Below are positions 20,349 through 33,011 of a stretch of 64,000 nucleotides of DNA, piece after piece. Source of the DNA: Alphaproteobacteria bacterium (GTDB taxonomy: Bacteria > Pseudomonadota > Alphaproteobacteria > GCA-2731375). The position numbers and the translations under genes are program-made. Positions within the stretch are counted from its first letter, which is position 1, and each line of letters starts with the position of its first letter. The stretch spans positions 128,001-192,000 of the forward strand of contig CBDDBZ010000037.1 of assembly GCA_965225945.1 (NCBI GenBank). Reading direction: 5' to 3'. Below the pieces are notes generated by a model. The model did no database searches. It saw only the letters and a list, made by a program, of their open reading frames with translations, and was not told the origin of the DNA.

Positions 20349-21041
20349 CTACAAATCCAATTCCGCCAGCACGGCCAGCAGCGACAACAGGTTGTTGGTG
20401 GCGTGGGCGAGGATCGGGACCCAGAGATTCTCCATGTGCTCGTAAACGATGGCGAAGAACGTGAAGAGCACGAAGAGCGCCGGAATCGCGGCTGGGTCCA
20501 GGTGGATCGTCGCATGAAGCCCGCCGGCGATGGCGGCGCTCGCCAGGATCCCGAGGCGTGTCCGAAGCCAGCCGTAGAGTGCGCCGCGGAACAGGAGCTC
20601 CTCCCACAAGGGCGCCACGGCGACGCCGAACAGGATGAAGGCGGCGATCATCACCACGTCGCCCTCGGCGCCGGCGCGAAACAGCTCGACCAGCGGGTTT
20701 TGCGGAGGGCCCAATACCGAGTGGAAGATCAGCGTCAGGGCGATCGACAAGGCCACGCCGACCAGTGCCGTCGCCAGGGCGACGAGAATTTCCACCCGAC
20801 TGAGCCGGGCGAGCCCGAATAGATGATCGCCCCGGACCTCGAAGCGACGCATGTAGAGGTAAGTCCAGATCAGCAGCAGGAGCATCGGCGGCAGCAGCGC
20901 GATCAGGATGAACAGGCCACCGTCCGATTTGTCGATGCCGGCCGCGCGCGCGACCAGGTAGACGACGACCCCGCCGCCCATCTGCACGACCACGCCGCCG
21001 GCGAAGAGAATGGCGAGATTCCGGCCGGGAACCTGGAACAT
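20349..21041 (-). CDS. CPBP (CAAX/Abi) intramembrane metalloprotease
   Basis: APLWEELLFRG, HATIH, HATNN, multiple TM segments. Confidence 0.88.
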   Translation of the reverse strand: MFQVPGRNLAILFAGGVVVQMGGGVVVYLVARAAGIDKSDGGLFILIALLPPMLLLLIWTYLYMRRFEVRGDHLFGLARLSRVEILVALATALVGVALSIALTLIFHSVLGPPQNPLVELFRAGAEGDVVMIAAFILFGVAVAPLWEELLFRGALYGWLRTRLGILASAAIAGGLHATIHLDPAAIPALFVLFTFFAIVYEHMENLWVPILAHATNNLLSLLAVLAELDL

Positions 21042-21054
21042 GCGCGCCGCCGCC

Positions 21055-21552
21055 TCAGCCGTCGTTCATGGCGGCAAGCAGCATTTCCAGTGCGCTCACC
21101 ACCGTCGCTTCCCTGATGCCCCGGCGGCCGAGGTCGCCATAGCTCTCGCACCGATGCGCCTCGCCGCCGTCCTTACGCGCGAGCGCCAGATGCACCAGGC
21201 CGACCGGTTTCTCGGCCGTGCCGCCGCCAGGGCCCGCGATCCCCGTCACCGCGACCGCCAGGTCGGCTCGCGAGGCCCTGATCGCGCCGGCCGCCATCTG
21301 CCGCGCCGCCGCCTCGCTGACCGCGCCGACGGTGATCAGGGTCTTTTCGCGGACCCCGAGGACCTCTTGCTTGGCCGCGTTGGAATAGGTGACGAAGCCG
21401 CGATCGAGCACGTCCGACGCGCCGGCGATCGCACTCAGCGCGCCGGCGATCAGGCCGCCGGTGCAGGATTCCGCCGTCGCGATCGCGAGGCCCCTTGCCC
21501 GCGCGGCATCGAGCACGCGGCTCGCCAGCGCTTCGATCTCCGCACCGCTCAT
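21055..21552 (-). CDS. cinA: CinA/PncC-family NMN deamidase
   Basis: AESCTGG, TYSN, GAVSE, TGIAGPGG. Confidence 0.92.
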   Translation of the reverse strand: MSGAEIEALASRVLDAARARGLAIATAESCTGGLIAGALSAIAGASDVLDRGFVTYSNAAKQEVLGVREKTLITVGAVSEAAARQMAAGAIRASRADLAVAVTGIAGPGGGTAEKPVGLVHLALARKDGGEAHRCESYGDLGRRGIREATVVSALEMLLAAMNDG

Positions 21553-21556
21553 CGCC

Positions 21557-22042
21557 TCATTCCTCCAGAGCCAAGCGCAACAACAACACGCCGAGCCCCG
21601 AATAGACGGCGGCGAAGAGGTCGTCGACCATGGTGCCGAGGCCGCCCTTGATGTGTTCGTCGGCCCAGCGCGCCGGCCAGGGTTTGAAGATATCGGCCAG
21701 GCGAAACAGCACGAAGCCGGCCGCGAAGAGGCCTAGATCGAGGCCCGCCGGGATCAGCGTCAGCCACATGCCCGCCACCTCGTCGACCACGATATCGCCC
21801 GGATCCTCCCGGCCGAGCGCGGCGATGTAGACGTTGCCCGCCCACCAGCCGGCCAACGAGACGACGAGGGTGGCGCCCGCCAGCGCCCACGTCCCCCCGG
21901 CCCAGGTGATCGCCCAGGCCAAGGGGAGTGCGGCGAAGGAGCCCCAGGTGCCGGGCGCCGTCGGCATCAGGCCGGCACCGAACCAGGTGGCGATCAGGCA
22001 GGCCGGATGGCGAAAGGGAAGCGGGGGGGTCCGAAAGGCCAT
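21557..22042 (-). CDS. pgpA: Phosphatidylglycerophosphatase A
   Basis: APGTWGS, DPGDIVVDEVAG, FRLADIFKPWP, MVDD. Confidence 0.93.
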   Translation of the reverse strand: MAFRTPPLPFRHPACLIATWFGAGLMPTAPGTWGSFAALPLAWAITWAGGTWALAGATLVVSLAGWWAGNVYIAALGREDPGDIVVDEVAGMWLTLIPAGLDLGLFAAGFVLFRLADIFKPWPARWADEHIKGGLGTMVDDLFAAVYSGLGVLLLRLALEE

Positions 22043-22043
22043 C

Positions 22044-23234
22044 TCAGCCGGGCAAGCGTATGGTGGCGGTGGCCTGGGCGGCGATCCCCTCGCCTCGACC
22101 GAGAAAGCCGAGCTTCTCCGTCGTCGTCGCCTTGACGCTGACGCGACCCGGCTCGATCCCCAGGATCTCGGCGACGCGGGCGCGCATCGCTTCGCGGTGG
22201 GGGCCGACCTTCGGGCGTTCCAGGATCAGGGTCAGGTCGACATGCGCGATCTCGCCGCCCCGCTCGGCCACCAGAGCCCGGGCGTGAGCGAGAAAGCGGT
22301 CGGACGGCGCGTCGCGCCATCGCGCGTCGCTCGGCGAGAAATGCTGGCCGATATCGCCGGCGCCGATCGCGCCCAGGATCGCGTCGGTCAGCGCGTGCAG
22401 CCCGACGTCGGCGTCGGAATGGCCCAGCAGGCCCTGGTCGTGCGGCACGGCGACGCCGCACAGCATGACCGCCTCGCCGGCGGTGAAGCGGTGCACGTCG
22501 AAACCGTTGCCGACCCGGATATCGCCGAGGCTCGGTGCCGCCGAGGCTCGGGCGCGCATCATGTCCTCCGTGGTGGTGACCTTGAAGTTGCTCTCCGGCG
22601 CCGGCACCACGGCGACGGCCAGGCCCTCGGCCTCCGCCACCGCCGCGTCGTCGGTGAGCTCGCTGCCGGCCCGCGCGCGGTGGGCGGCGAGGATGTCGCC
22701 AAAGCGGAACCCTTGCGGCGTCTGCGTCCGCCAGAGTCCGTGGCGCGGAATCGTCTCGGCCACCATGGCGTCGGCGACCCGCTTGAGGCTGTCGGCGAGC
22801 GGGTGCGCCGGCACCGCGCCGGCGTGGTCGCGAAGCGCGGCGATGACGGCCGAGATGGTCTGGGCGGCGACGAAGGGCCGCGCCGCGTCGTGGATCAGCA
22901 CCTTGCCGGGCGCCGTCTCGACCAGGCTCTCGAGGCCGAGGCGGACGGAGTCCTGTCGCGTGGCGCCGCCGGCCACCGGGTCCAGGAGGTCGAGGCCGTC
23001 GAGCGTCGTGTCGTGCAGGGCGCGGTCGTCGGGGTGGATCACCACCCGGGTCGCGTGGACCTCGGGATGCGCGAGGAAGGCCATGACCGAACGCCTCAGC
23101 ATCGCCACGCCGGCAATGGCTTGGTACGGCTTCGCCGCCGCCCCGCCGAGCCGGGTCCCGCGTCCCGCCGCCATGACGAGCGCGATGGTCGCGCCGGAAC
23201 CCGTCTCCCTCTCGCCGTCGCTCGCTGTCGCCAC
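22044..23234 (-). CDS. ispDF: Bifunctional IspD/IspF
   Basis: [41 protein letters not shown]. Confidence 0.95.
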   Translation of the reverse strand: MATASDGERETGSGATIALVMAAGRGTRLGGAAAKPYQAIAGVAMLRRSVMAFLAHPEVHATRVVIHPDDRALHDTTLDGLDLLDPVAGGATRQDSVRLGLESLVETAPGKVLIHDAARPFVAAQTISAVIAALRDHAGAVPAHPLADSLKRVADAMVAETIPRHGLWRTQTPQGFRFGDILAAHRARAGSELTDDAAVAEAEGLAVAVVPAPESNFKVTTTEDMMRARASAAPSLGDIRVGNGFDVHRFTAGEAVMLCGVAVPHDQGLLGHSDADVGLHALTDAILGAIGAGDIGQHFSPSDARWRDAPSDRFLAHARALVAERGGEIAHVDLTLILERPKVGPHREAMRARVAEILGIEPGRVSVKATTTEKLGFLGRGEGIAAQATATIRLPG

Positions 23235-23338
23235 GTCCGATCCTCAGGCTTGCGGTCGGTTCCGGTCGCGTACTTTACCGGTTTCCGGCCGGCGGGCCAG
23301 TTCGAGCGGGACGGCGGGGAATAAACCTGGCGCCCCCC

Positions 23339-23367
23339 TTGACTTGGCCTGGGGGGATCAGTACATC
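23339..23367 (+). promoter_or_regulatory. Putative sigma70 promoter of tRNA-Asp
   Basis: TTGACT-17 nt-TACATC just upstream of the tRNA. Confidence 0.55.
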
Positions 23368-23380
23368 CCAGCGACGTTTC

Positions 23381-23458
23381 GGGGGTGTAGCTCAGACCGG
23401 TTAGAGCGCTGGCCTGTCACGCCAGAGGTCGCGGGTTCGAGTCCCGTCACTCCCGCCA
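23381..23458 (+). tRNA. tRNA-Asp(GTC)
   Basis: Cloverleaf: acceptor GGGGGTG/CACTCCC, anticodon arm CTGGC-CTGTCAC-GCCAG, T loop TTCGAGT, encoded CCA. Confidence 0.97.
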
Positions 23459-23726
23459 ATTCGCCTCCCATCAATTCGACGCCGTGCCGCGAGACGCTGG
23501 CCGAGGGCGCGACCTGAAGCCCTAGATCGCGTCGGTGTTCCCGGGCGTGTTCCCGCGCGGCGAAGGCGCCCACCGGACGGCCGGCAACCAGGGCCGATCC
23601 TGGGGCCGATCCTTGCGGGCCGAAGCATTACCGGCTATAGGAGGAACGCGTTTGCCCGAGGGCACATAGGCGGGCCGAACGGACCGTCGTCGCGCCCGCT
23701 CGCGGCGCCGGAGGGGAAGGAAAGGC

Positions 23727-24092
23727 ATGGCCGAACCGCTGAGGGAATACCTGCCGATCTTGATGTTCTTCGGCGTGGCCGTGGCCATGGCCATCGGCAT
23801 GGTGGTCGCCTCCCTGATCGTGGCGCGCCAGCACCCGGACGCCGAAAAACTCTCGCCTTACGAATGCGGTTTCGAGCCTTTCGGCGATGCGCGCCGCCAG
23901 TTCGACGTCCGCTTCTATCTGGTCGCCATCCTCTTCATCATCTTCGACCTCGAGGTCGCCTTTCTCTTCCCCTGGGCGGTCGCGTTTGGTGGCCTGGGCT
24001 GGTTCGGGTTCTGGTCGATGATGATTTTCCTCGCCATCCTCACCATCGGCTTCGTCTACGAATGGCGCAAGGGAGCGCTCGAATGGGAGTAA
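23727..24092 (+). CDS. nuoA: NADH-quinone oxidoreductase subunit A
   Basis: [26 protein letters not shown]. Confidence 0.96.
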   Translation: MAEPLREYLPILMFFGVAVAMAIGMVVASLIVARQHPDAEKLSPYECGFEPFGDARRQFDVRFYLVAILFIIFDLEVAFLFPWAVAFGGLGWFGFWSMMIFLAILTIGFVYEWRKGALEWE

Positions 24093-24625
24093 CCGACAAC
24101 CCGCTCGACGTCCCCGCCGGCGCGGCCGATCAAGATGCCTTGTTCCGCGGCCTGCCCGACGAGTTGCACGACAAGGGCTTCGTCGTCGCCAATGTGGACA
24201 AGCTGGTCAACTGGGCGCGCACCGGCTCGCTCTGGCCGATGACGTTCGGCCTGGCCTGCTGCGCGGTGGAAATGATCCACGCCTACATGCCGCGCTACGA
24301 CCTCGACCGTTTCGGCGTGGTGCCGCGGGCGAGCCCGCGGCAATCGGACGTGATGATCGTCGCCGGCACGCTGACCAACAAGATGGCGCCGGCCCTGCGC
24401 AAGGTCTACGACCAGATGGCGGAGCCGCGCTACGTCATTTCGATGGGGAGCTGCGCCAACGGAGGTGGCTACTACCACTATTCTTACTCCGTCGTGCGGG
24501 GCTGCGACCGGATCGTGCCCGTGGACATCTACGTGCCGGGCTGTCCGCCGACGGCCGAGGCGCTGGTCTACGGCATTCTGCAATTGCAGAAAAAGATCCG
24601 CCGCACCGGCACCTTCCTCCGGTAG
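24083..24625 (+). CDS. nuoB: NADH-quinone oxidoreductase subunit B
   Basis: [21 protein letters not shown]. Confidence 0.96.
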   Translation: MGVTDNPLDVPAGAADQDALFRGLPDELHDKGFVVANVDKLVNWARTGSLWPMTFGLACCAVEMIHAYMPRYDLDRFGVVPRASPRQSDVMIVAGTLTNKMAPALRKVYDQMAEPRYVISMGSCANGGGYYHYSYSVVRGCDRIVPVDIYVPGCPPTAEALVYGILQLQKKIRRTGTFLR

Positions 24626-24649
24626 AGAGCGGAAGAGCGGCGTTTCCCC

Positions 24650-25267
24650 ATGGTGGTGGACGAACAGGCCCTGGAGGATCTCGGCGCGCATGTCGCCCGC
24701 GCGCTCGAGAACGAGGTGATCTCGACCGAGATCCGACTGGCCGAGCTGATGGTCATGGTCCATGGCGAACAGGTGGTGAAGGTTCTGACCTTCCTGCGCG
24801 ACGACGCGCTTTGCCAATTCAAGGTCCTGATCGATATCTGCGGCGTCGATTATCCCGAGCGCGAGGAGCGTTTCGAGGTCGTCTACAACCTGTTGAGTCT
24901 GCGTCACAATCAGCGCATCCGGGTCAAGGTGAAGGTCGACGAGGAGGGCGTGGTGCCGAGCGCCACCGGAGTCTTCAACGCCGCCAACTGGTTCGAGCGC
25001 GAGGCCTGGGACCTCTACGGCATCCTCTTCGCCGATCATCCCGACCTCAGGCGGCTGCTCACCGACTACGGCTTCGAGGGCCATCCGCTGCGCAAGGACT
25101 TCCCCCTCACCGGCTATGTCGAGATGCGCTATGACGACGAGCAGAAGCGGGTGGTTTACGAGCCGGTGAAGCTGACGCAGGAATTTCGCAGCTTCGACTT
25201 CATGAGCCCCTGGGAGGGCGCGAGCCAAATCCTTCCCGGCGACGAGAAGGCCGAGGAGCCATCCTGA
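24650..25267 (+). CDS. nuoC: NADH-quinone oxidoreductase subunit C
   Basis: [19 protein letters not shown]. Confidence 0.96.
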   Translation: MVVDEQALEDLGAHVARALENEVISTEIRLAELMVMVHGEQVVKVLTFLRDDALCQFKVLIDICGVDYPEREERFEVVYNLLSLRHNQRIRVKVKVDEEGVVPSATGVFNAANWFEREAWDLYGILFADHPDLRRLLTDYGFEGHPLRKDFPLTGYVEMRYDDEQKRVVYEPVKLTQEFRSFDFMSPWEGASQILPGDEKAEEPS

Positions 25268-26445
25268 TGGCCGAAGTCGAAATCAAGAACCTGACGATGA
25301 ACTTCGGGCCGCAACACCCTGCCGCGCATGGTGTTTTGCGCTTGGTGCTGGAGCTCGACGGGGAGGTGGTGGAACGCGCGGACCCGCATATCGGCTTGCT
25401 GCACCGCGGCACCGAGAAGCTGATCGAATACAAGACCTACCTGCAGGCCGTACCCTATTTCGACCGCCTCGACTATGTCGCGCCGATGAATCAGGAGCAC
25501 GCCTTCGCCCTCGCGGTCGAGAAGCTGCTGGGGATCGAGGTGCCGCCCCGGGGCCAGGCGATCCGGGTGCTGTTCTCGGAGATCTCGCGGCTGCTCAGCC
25601 ATATCCTCAACATCACCACGCAGGCGATGGACGTCGGCGCGATAACACCGACGCTGTGGGGCTTCGAGGAGCGCGAGCTGCTGATGGAGTTCTACGAGCG
25701 GGTCTCCGGCGCTCGCCTGCACGCGGCCTACTTCCGCCCGGGCGGCGTGCACCAGGACTTGCCCGCCGGCCTCGCCGAGGACATTTATCGCTATAGCGAG
25801 AGCTTCGAGAACTTCCTCACCGACGTCGAGGGATTGTTGACGGAGAACCGGATCTTCCGCCAGCGCAACGTCGACATCGGCGCGGTCTCGGCCGAGGACG
25901 CGATGGATTGGGGCTTCTCCGGGGTGATGCTGCGCGGCTGCGGCGTGCCGTGGGACCTGCGAAAATCCCAGCCCTATGATGGCTACGAGAGTTACGACTT
26001 CGACATCCCCGTGGGCAAGAACGGCGATTGCTTCGATCGCTACCTCTGCCGGATGGAGGAGATGCGGCAGTCCTGCCGGATCATCAGCCAAGCGATCGAC
26101 ACGATGCCCGACGGTCCCATAGCCACCGACGACCAAAAGATCGTGCCGCCGTCGAGGGCTGAGATGAAGCGCTCGATGGAGGCGCTGATCCACCACTTCA
26201 AGCTCTATACCGAGGGCTATCACGTGCCGGCGGGGGAGACCTATACGGCGGTGGAGGCGCCGAAGGGCGAGTTCGGCGTCTACCTCGTCTCCGACGGCGG
26301 CAACATGCCGTACCGCTGCAAGATCCGGGCGCCGGGCTATTCGCATCTCCAAGCGCTCGATTTTCTCTCGCGCGGTCATCTGTTGGCCGATGCCGTGGCC
26401 GTGATCGGCAGTCTCGACATCGTTTTCGGTGAGATCGACCGATGA
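25267..26445 (+). CDS. nuoD: NADH-quinone oxidoreductase subunit D
   Basis: [24 protein letters not shown]. Confidence 0.97.
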   Translation: MAEVEIKNLTMNFGPQHPAAHGVLRLVLELDGEVVERADPHIGLLHRGTEKLIEYKTYLQAVPYFDRLDYVAPMNQEHAFALAVEKLLGIEVPPRGQAIRVLFSEISRLLSHILNITTQAMDVGAITPTLWGFEERELLMEFYERVSGARLHAAYFRPGGVHQDLPAGLAEDIYRYSESFENFLTDVEGLLTENRIFRQRNVDIGAVSAEDAMDWGFSGVMLRGCGVPWDLRKSQPYDGYESYDFDIPVGKNGDCFDRYLCRMEEMRQSCRIISQAIDTMPDGPIATDDQKIVPPSRAEMKRSMEALIHHFKLYTEGYHVPAGETYTAVEAPKGEFGVYLVSDGGNMPYRCKIRAPGYSHLQALDFLSRGHLLADAVAVIGSLDIVFGEIDR

Positions 26446-27062
26446 CGGCGGCGGTGAGTGGCGGCGTGGAGCAGCCGAGCGAGTTCGCCTTCGGGGAAGA
26501 TTATCTGGCGCGGGCCAAGACGGTCATCGCGCGCTATCCGGCGGGCCGGCAGGCGAGCGCGGTCCTACCGCTCCTCGACCTCGCCCAGCGCCAGCACGGC
26601 GGTTGGCTTCCGCGCGCGGCGATGGATCACGTCGCGGACCTGCTGGAGATGCCCAGGATCCGGGTCTACGAGGTCGCCACCTTCTACACGATGTACAACC
26701 TGGCGCCGGTCGGCCGCCATCTGGTGCTGGTCTGCACCACCACGCCGTGCTGGCTCAGAGGCTCCGACGAGGTCGTGGCGGCCTGTCGGGGCAAGCTCGG
26801 CGTCGGCTTCGGCGAGACCACCGAGGACGGCATGTTTACGCTGCGGGAGGCCGAATGCCTCGGCGCCTGCGTCAATGCGCCGATGATCCAGATCGGCGAC
26901 GATTACTACGAGGATCTCGATGCCGCCAGCACCGAGGCAATCCTGGAATCGCTGGCCAAGGGCGAGACGCCGAAGACCGGCCCGCAGAACGGCCGGCACA
27001 GCTCCGAGCCCCTCGGCGGGGCGACGACGCTCGAGGCGTTCGTGGGCAGGCCCCAATGCTGA
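26442..27062 (+). CDS. nuoE: NADH-quinone oxidoreductase subunit E
   Basis: CTTTPC, ECLGAC. Confidence 0.96.
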   Translation: MTAAVSGGVEQPSEFAFGEDYLARAKTVIARYPAGRQASAVLPLLDLAQRQHGGWLPRAAMDHVADLLEMPRIRVYEVATFYTMYNLAPVGRHLVLVCTTTPCWLRGSDEVVAACRGKLGVGFGETTEDGMFTLREAECLGACVNAPMIQIGDDYYEDLDAASTEAILESLAKGETPKTGPQNGRHSSEPLGGATTLEAFVGRPQC

Positions 27063-28342
27063 GCGATTCCAACCGCATCTTCACCAATCTCTACGGCTTC
27101 CAGGACTGGGGCCTTAAGGGGGCCCAGGCGCGCGGCGATTGGGACGGCACCAAGGCACTGATGGAGACGGGTCACGACGCGATCGTCGACGAAGTGAAGG
27201 CCTCCGGCTTGCGGGGGCGGGGTGGCGCGGGCTTCCCGACGGGATTGAAGATGTCCTTCATGCCGAAGCAATCCGACGGCCGGCCGTCCTATCTCGTGGT
27301 CAACGCCGACGAGGGCGAGCCCGGAACCTGCAAGGACCGCGACATCATGCGCCACGACCCCCACAAGCTGGTCGAGGGCTGTCTGCTGGCCGGCTACGCC
27401 ATGCGCGCGGTCGCCACCTACATCTATATTCGCGGCGAATTCCATGCCGAAGGCAACAATCTCGAAGCCGCCATCCGGCAAGCCTACGAGGCCGGGCTGA
27501 TCGGCAAAGACGCCTGCGGCTCGGGCTACGACTTCGACATCTATCTCCATCGTGGCGCCGGGGCCTACATCTGCGGCGAGGAGACCGCGCTGATCGAGAG
27601 CCTGGAAGGCAAGAAGGGCCAACCCCGCCTGAAGCCGCCGTTTCCCGCCGGCGTCGGCGTGTGGGGCTGCCCGACGACGGTCAGCAACGTCGAGAGCATC
27701 GCCGTCATCCCGACGATCCTGCGGCGGGGTTCCGCCTGGTTCGCCGCTCTCGGGCGGGAGAACAACACCGGCACCAAGATCTTCTGCATCTCCGGCCATG
27801 TCGAACAGCCGTGCAACGTCGAGGAGGAGATGGCGATTCCCATGCGGGAGCTGATCGAGAAGCACGCCGGCGGGGTGCGCGGCGGCTGGGACAATCTGCA
27901 GGCGGTGATCCCGGGCGGCGCCTCGGTGCCGCTGCTGCCGAAGAGCATTTGCGACACCGTGCTGATGGATTTCGATTCCCTGGCCGAGGTCAAGTCGGGC
28001 CTCGGCACGGCGGCGGTCATCGTCATGGACAAGTCGACCGACGTGGTCCGCGCGATCGCCCGGCTCTCGAAGTTCTACATGCACGAATCCTGCGGTCAGT
28101 GCACGCCGTGCCGCGAGGGCACGGGCTGGATGTGGCGGGTCATGGAGCGTCTGGTCAGGGGCGAGGCCGAGGTGGCCGAGGTCGACATGTTGCTCGAGGT
28201 CACCTACCAGGTCGAGGGCCACACCATCTGTGCGCTCGGTGACGCCGCCGCGTGGCCGATCCAGGGTCTCATCCGTCATTTCCGGCCGGAGCTCGAGGGC
28301 CGCATTCTCGAGCGCAAGCAGGCCGCCGCCGCCGCCGACTGA
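27056..28342 (+). CDS. nuoF: NADH-quinone oxidoreductase subunit F
   Basis: [34 protein letters not shown]; ATG at 27056. Confidence 0.96.
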   Translation: MLSDSNRIFTNLYGFQDWGLKGAQARGDWDGTKALMETGHDAIVDEVKASGLRGRGGAGFPTGLKMSFMPKQSDGRPSYLVVNADEGEPGTCKDRDIMRHDPHKLVEGCLLAGYAMRAVATYIYIRGEFHAEGNNLEAAIRQAYEAGLIGKDACGSGYDFDIYLHRGAGAYICGEETALIESLEGKKGQPRLKPPFPAGVGVWGCPTTVSNVESIAVIPTILRRGSAWFAALGRENNTGTKIFCISGHVEQPCNVEEEMAIPMRELIEKHAGGVRGGWDNLQAVIPGGASVPLLPKSICDTVLMDFDSLAEVKSGLGTAAVIVMDKSTDVVRAIARLSKFYMHESCGQCTPCREGTGWMWRVMERLVRGEAEVAEVDMLLEVTYQVEGHTICALGDAAAWPIQGLIRHFRPELEGRILERKQAAAAAD

Positions 28343-28352
28343 GGTTTCGCCC

Positions 28353-30413
28353 ATGCCTACGCTCACCATCGACGGCCAGGAGATCACGGTCGATCCCGGC
28401 AGCAACATCCTCCAGGCCTGCGAGGCGGCGGGCATCGAGGTGCCGCGGTTCTGCTATCACGACCGCCTGTCGATCGCCGGCAACTGCCGGATGTGTCTGG
28501 TCGAGGTGGAGCGCTCGCCGAAGCCGATCGCCTCCTGCGCGATGCCGGCAGGCGACAACATGGTGGTCCACACCAACACGGCCCTGGTCCGTAAGGCGCG
28601 GCAAGGGGTGATGGAGTTCCTGCTGATCAACCATCCGCTCGACTGTCCGATCTGCGATCAGGGCGGCGAATGCGATCTGCAGGACCAGGCGATGGTCTAT
28701 GGCCACGACCGCAGCCGCTACGAGGAGAACAAGCGCGCGGTCGAGGACAAGTATCTGGGCCCGTTGATCAAGACGATCATGACCCGCTGCATCCACTGCA
28801 CCCGTTGTATCCGCTTCATCACCGAGATCGCCGGGATCGAGGAATTGGGCGCCACCGGCCGCGGCGAGGACATGGAGATCGGCACCTATGTCGAGGCGGC
28901 GTTGAGCAGCGAGCTCTCCGGCAACATCGTCGACCTCTGTCCGGTCGGCGCGCTCACCTCCAAGCCCTATGCCTTCGCCGCCCGGCCGTGGGAATTGCGC
29001 AAGACGGAATCGATCGACGTGCACGACGCCGTCGGCTGCAACATCCGGGTCGACTGCCGGGGCCGCGAGGTGATGCGGATATTGCCCCGGCTGCACGAGG
29101 ACATCAACGAGGAGTGGATCTCCGACAAGACGCGCCACGCCGTGGACGGGATCGCCCGGCAACGGATCGACCAGCCCTACATACGCTTCGGCGGCCGGCT
29201 GAAGGCAGCGAGCTGGGACGAGGCCTTCCGCGTCGCCGGCCGCAAGCTCGCCGGCTGCCCGGGCGAGCGGATGGCGGCGATCGTCGGCGACATGGTCGAT
29301 GCCGAGGCGATGGTGGCGCTCAAGGACCTGATGGACGCCTTCGAATGCGCGAACCTCGATTGCCGGCAGGACGGGGCCAAGATCGGCGGCGGCGCGCGGG
29401 CGGGCTGGCTGTTCAACACGACGATCGCCGGCATCGAAGAAGCCGACGCGTTGCTGATCGTGGGTGCCAATCCGCGTTGGGAGGCCTCCCTCGTCAACGC
29501 CCGAATTCGCAAGCGCTGGCTCCAGGGCGGCTTCAAGGTCGGCCTGATCGGCGAGGCGGTCGACCTCACCTACCATTATGATCACTTGGGCACGACGCCG
29601 GACACGCTGGCCGAGGTCGTCGCCGGGACCCATCCCTTCGCCGAGGTCCTGAAGCGGGCGGATCGCGCGATGGTGATCGTCGGCATGGGCGCGCTCGCGC
29701 GGCCCGACGGGGCCCGGATCCTGGCCCGTGTCCGCGCGCTGGCCGAAGCTTGCGACATGGTCCGCGACGACTGGAACGGCTTCAACGTGCTGCAGGGCGC
29801 CGCGAGCCGGGTCGCGGGCCTCGAGCTCGGCCTGCTGCCGGGTGACGGCGGGCGCGACGTCGCCGCCATCCTGGACGGCGTCGAGGCCGGCGAGATCGAT
29901 CTCGTCTGGCTCTTGGGCGCCGACGAGATCGACACCAGCCGCCTCGCCAAGGCCACCGTGATCTACCAGGGCCACCACGGCGATGTGGGCGCGCACGTCG
30001 CCGACGTGGTGCTGGCGGGTGCCGCCTATACCGAGAAGGACGCGACCTGGGTCAACACCGAGGGCCGCGTGCAGCGCGGCCAGCGCGCGGCCTTCCCGCC
30101 GGGCGAGGCGCGGGACGATTGGGCGATCATCCGCGCGCTCTCCGATGTGGTGGGCAAGACGCTGCCCTATGACGACCTGGCCCAGGTTCGTGCCCGCATG
30201 GTCGAGCTGGCCCCGAGGTTGGCCGAGACCGACGTGGCGATGCCCGGCGAATGGGGCGAATTCGGCGAAGCGGGCGAGATGAGCGGCGCGCCCTTCCAGA
30301 GCCCGGTCCGCGACTTCTATCTCACCAACGCGATCTGTCGCGCCTCCACGGTGATGGCCGAGTGCAGCCGCCTGTTCGTGGCCGGAGCGGAGGCGACGGG
30401 CACCGATGGTTGA
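28353..30413 (+). CDS. nuoG: NADH-quinone oxidoreductase subunit G
   Basis: [30 protein letters not shown]; ATG at 28353. Confidence 0.96.
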   Translation: MPTLTIDGQEITVDPGSNILQACEAAGIEVPRFCYHDRLSIAGNCRMCLVEVERSPKPIASCAMPAGDNMVVHTNTALVRKARQGVMEFLLINHPLDCPICDQGGECDLQDQAMVYGHDRSRYEENKRAVEDKYLGPLIKTIMTRCIHCTRCIRFITEIAGIEELGATGRGEDMEIGTYVEAALSSELSGNIVDLCPVGALTSKPYAFAARPWELRKTESIDVHDAVGCNIRVDCRGREVMRILPRLHEDINEEWISDKTRHAVDGIARQRIDQPYIRFGGRLKAASWDEAFRVAGRKLAGCPGERMAAIVGDMVDAEAMVALKDLMDAFECANLDCRQDGAKIGGGARAGWLFNTTIAGIEEADALLIVGANPRWEASLVNARIRKRWLQGGFKVGLIGEAVDLTYHYDHLGTTPDTLAEVVAGTHPFAEVLKRADRAMVIVGMGALARPDGARILARVRALAEACDMVRDDWNGFNVLQGAASRVAGLELGLLPGDGGRDVAAILDGVEAGEIDLVWLLGADEIDTSRLAKATVIYQGHHGDVGAHVADVVLAGAAYTEKDATWVNTEGRVQRGQRAAFPPGEARDDWAIIRALSDVVGKTLPYDDLAQVRARMVELAPRLAETDVAMPGEWGEFGEAGEMSGAPFQSPVRDFYLTNAICRASTVMAECSRLFVAGAEATGTDG

Positions 30414-31431
30414 GGTCTGGGCCGGCTACCTGCTGCCGGCGATCATCATCCTGTTGCAGATCCTGGCGATCGTGGTGCCGCTGCTGGTCGCGGTCGCGTT
30501 CATGACCTATTTCGAGCGCAAGATCATGGCGGCGATGCAGCTTCGGATGGGGCCGAACGTGGTCGGGCCCTTCGGCCTGCTGCAGCCGATGGCCGACGGC
30601 ATCAAGCTGATGTTCAAGGAGACGGTGTTCCCCACCGGGGCCAACAAGATCGTCTTCGTGATGGCGCCGATGCTGACCTTCATCCTCGGCATGGTCGCCT
30701 GGGCGGTGATCCCGTTCGGCGGGGGTCTCGTGCTCGCCGACATCAACGTCGGCATCCTCTATCTCTTCGCGATCTCCTCGCTCGGCGTCTACGGCATCAT
30801 CATGGCCGGCTGGGCGTCGAACTCGAAGTATGCCTTCCTGGGGGCGCTGCGCTCGGCCGCGCAGATGGTCAGCTACGAGGTCTCGATCGGCTTCGTCATG
30901 ATCACCGTGCTGCTCTGCGTCGGCTCGCTCAACCTTTCCGACATCGTGGAAGCGCAGCGCGGCGGGATCGTCGGCGGCTGGTATTGGCTGCCGCTCCTGC
31001 CGATGTTCGTGATCTTCTTCGTCTCGGCGCTGGCCGAGACCAACCGCCATCCCTTCGATTTGCCGGAGGCGGAGACCGAGCTGGTGGCCGGCTATCAGGT
31101 CGAATATTCCTCGATGACTTTCGCTTTGTTCTTCCTGGGCGAATACGCGAACATGATTCTGATGAGCGGGTTGACGGCGTTGCTGTTCCTGGGGGGTTGG
31201 CTGCCGCCGATCGATATTGCGCCGTTCAATTGGATCCCCGGACCGATCTGGTTCTTCGGCAAGATCGCGGTGCTGCTGTTCGTCTTCGTCTGGGTCCGCG
31301 CCACCTTGCCGCGCTATCGCTACGACCAACTGATGCGGCTCGGCTGGAAGGTATTTCTGCCCTTCTCGCTGCTCTGGGTGGCGCTGACGGCGGCCGCGTT
31401 GATGGCTTTCGGCTGGGTGCCGGAGGCATGA
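30406..31431 (+). CDS. nuoH: NADH-quinone oxidoreductase subunit H
   Basis: [29 protein letters not shown]. Confidence 0.97.
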   Translation: MVEVWAGYLLPAIIILLQILAIVVPLLVAVAFMTYFERKIMAAMQLRMGPNVVGPFGLLQPMADGIKLMFKETVFPTGANKIVFVMAPMLTFILGMVAWAVIPFGGGLVLADINVGILYLFAISSLGVYGIIMAGWASNSKYAFLGALRSAAQMVSYEVSIGFVMITVLLCVGSLNLSDIVEAQRGGIVGGWYWLPLLPMFVIFFVSALAETNRHPFDLPEAETELVAGYQVEYSSMTFALFFLGEYANMILMSGLTALLFLGGWLPPIDIAPFNWIPGPIWFFGKIAVLLFVFVWVRATLPRYRYDQLMRLGWKVFLPFSLLWVALTAAALMAFGWVPEA

Positions 31432-31483
31432 GGAAGGGCTCCGAGGGCGGATGCGCTTTCGCCGGGATGGGAGAGGAACGGGC

Positions 31484-31972
31484 ATGGGCATGATCAACCA
31501 GGGCGCCAAGGCGCTGTTGCTGGGCGAGATCGTGAAGGGGATGGGACTCACCTTCCGCTATATGTTCCGCAAGCGGGCGACGGTGAATTATCCTTACGAA
31601 AAGGGGCCGCTCAGTCCTCGATTCCGGGGCGAGCACGCACTTCGGCGCTATCCCAACGGCGAGGAGCGCTGTATCGCCTGCAAGCTCTGCGAGGCGATCT
31701 GCCCGGCTCAGGCGATCACCATCGAGTCCGAGCCGCGCGAGGACGGCAGCCGGCGGACCACCCGCTACGACATCGACATGACGAAGTGCATCTACTGCGG
31801 CTTCTGCGAGGAGGCCTGTCCGGTGGACGCGATCGTCGAGGGGCCGAACTTCGAGTATTCGACCGAGACCCGCGAGGAGCTGTACTACGACAAGCAGCGG
31901 CTGCTCATGAACGGCGACCGGTGGGAGAACGAAATCGCCCAGAACCTCGCGCTGGATGCACCCTACCGGTGA
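31484..31972 (+). CDS. nuoI: NADH-quinone oxidoreductase subunit I
   Basis: [24 protein letters not shown]. Confidence 0.96.
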   Translation: MGMINQGAKALLLGEIVKGMGLTFRYMFRKRATVNYPYEKGPLSPRFRGEHALRRYPNGEERCIACKLCEAICPAQAITIESEPREDGSRRTTRYDIDMTKCIYCGFCEEACPVDAIVEGPNFEYSTETREELYYDKQRLLMNGDRWENEIAQNLALDAPYR

Positions 31973-32052
31973 TGCAGGCGAGGCGAGGGGGAGCCTGAGA
32001 TGAAGCCGATGGCCAGGAATGGGGCCGCGCCGGACCGCGAGGCGGGGCGGTC

Positions 32053-32670
32053 ATGATCATCGCCGGCATCGCCTTCTATGTTCTGGCGGCCGTCGCCGTG
32101 TTCGCCGGCCTCATGGTGATCTCGGCCCGGAACCCGGTGCATTCGGTGCTGTTCCTCATCCTCGCCTTCTTCACCGCCGCCGGTCTCTTCGTGCTGATGG
32201 GGGCGGAGTTCCTGGCGATGATCCTGATCGTCGTCTACGTCGGCGCCGTGGCGGTGCTGTTCCTCTTCGTGGTGATGATGCTGGACGTTGATTTCGTGCA
32301 GCTTCGCGAGGGCTTTCTCCAGTATCTTCCCACCGGCGGCGTGATCGGCCTGGTCATGCTGGTCGAATTGATCTTGATCGTGGGCACCGCCGTCGGCGGG
32401 CCGGAGCCGGCCGTCGGCGGCGCCGGGGTGCCGATCCTGCCGGTCGATCAAGTCACCAACACCAAGGCCATCGGCCAGGTGCTCTATACCAAATACGTCT
32501 ATCTGTTCCAGGCGGCGGGCATGCTGCTGCTGGTGGCGATGATCGGCGCCATCGTGCTGACGCTGCGGCGACGGGTGGGGGTGCGCAGGCAGTCGATCGC
32601 GGCGCAGATCGGCCGGCCTCGCGAGGCCTCGGTCGAGCTCAAGAAGGTCGAGCCGGGGCAGGGGGTCTGA
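32053..32670 (+). CDS. nuoJ: NADH-quinone oxidoreductase subunit J
   Basis: [24 protein letters not shown]. Confidence 0.96.
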   Translation: MIIAGIAFYVLAAVAVFAGLMVISARNPVHSVLFLILAFFTAAGLFVLMGAEFLAMILIVVYVGAVAVLFLFVVMMLDVDFVQLREGFLQYLPTGGVIGLVMLVELILIVGTAVGGPEPAVGGAGVPILPVDQVTNTKAIGQVLYTKYVYLFQAAGMLLLVAMIGAIVLTLRRRVGVRRQSIAAQIGRPREASVELKKVEPGQGV

Positions 32671-32671
32671 G

Positions 32672-32998
32672 ATGGCGATCGCCAGCTTCTTCGAGATCGG
32701 CCTCGGCCATTACCTGACGGTGGCCGCGATCCTCTTCACCCTCGGGATCTTCGGGATCTTCCTCAACCGCAAGAACGTCATCATCATCTTGATGTCGATC
32801 GAGCTGATGCTGCTCGCGGTGAATATCAACCTCGTTGCCTTCTCGACCCATCAGGGCGATCTCGTGGGCCAGATCTTCGCCATGTTCGTGCTGACGGTGG
32901 CGGCGGGCGAGGCGGCGATCGGCCTGGCGATCCTGGTGGTCTACTTCCGCAATCGCGGCTCGATCGAGGTCGAGGACATCGATCTGATGAAGGGCTGA
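32672..32998 (+). CDS. nuoK: NADH-quinone oxidoreductase subunit K
   Basis: [17 protein letters not shown]. Confidence 0.96.
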   Translation: MAIASFFEIGLGHYLTVAAILFTLGIFGIFLNRKNVIIILMSIELMLLAVNINLVAFSTHQGDLVGQIFAMFVLTVAAGEAAIGLAILVVYFRNRGSIEVEDIDLMKG

Positions 32999-33011
32999 CG
33001 GGCGTCGAGGG

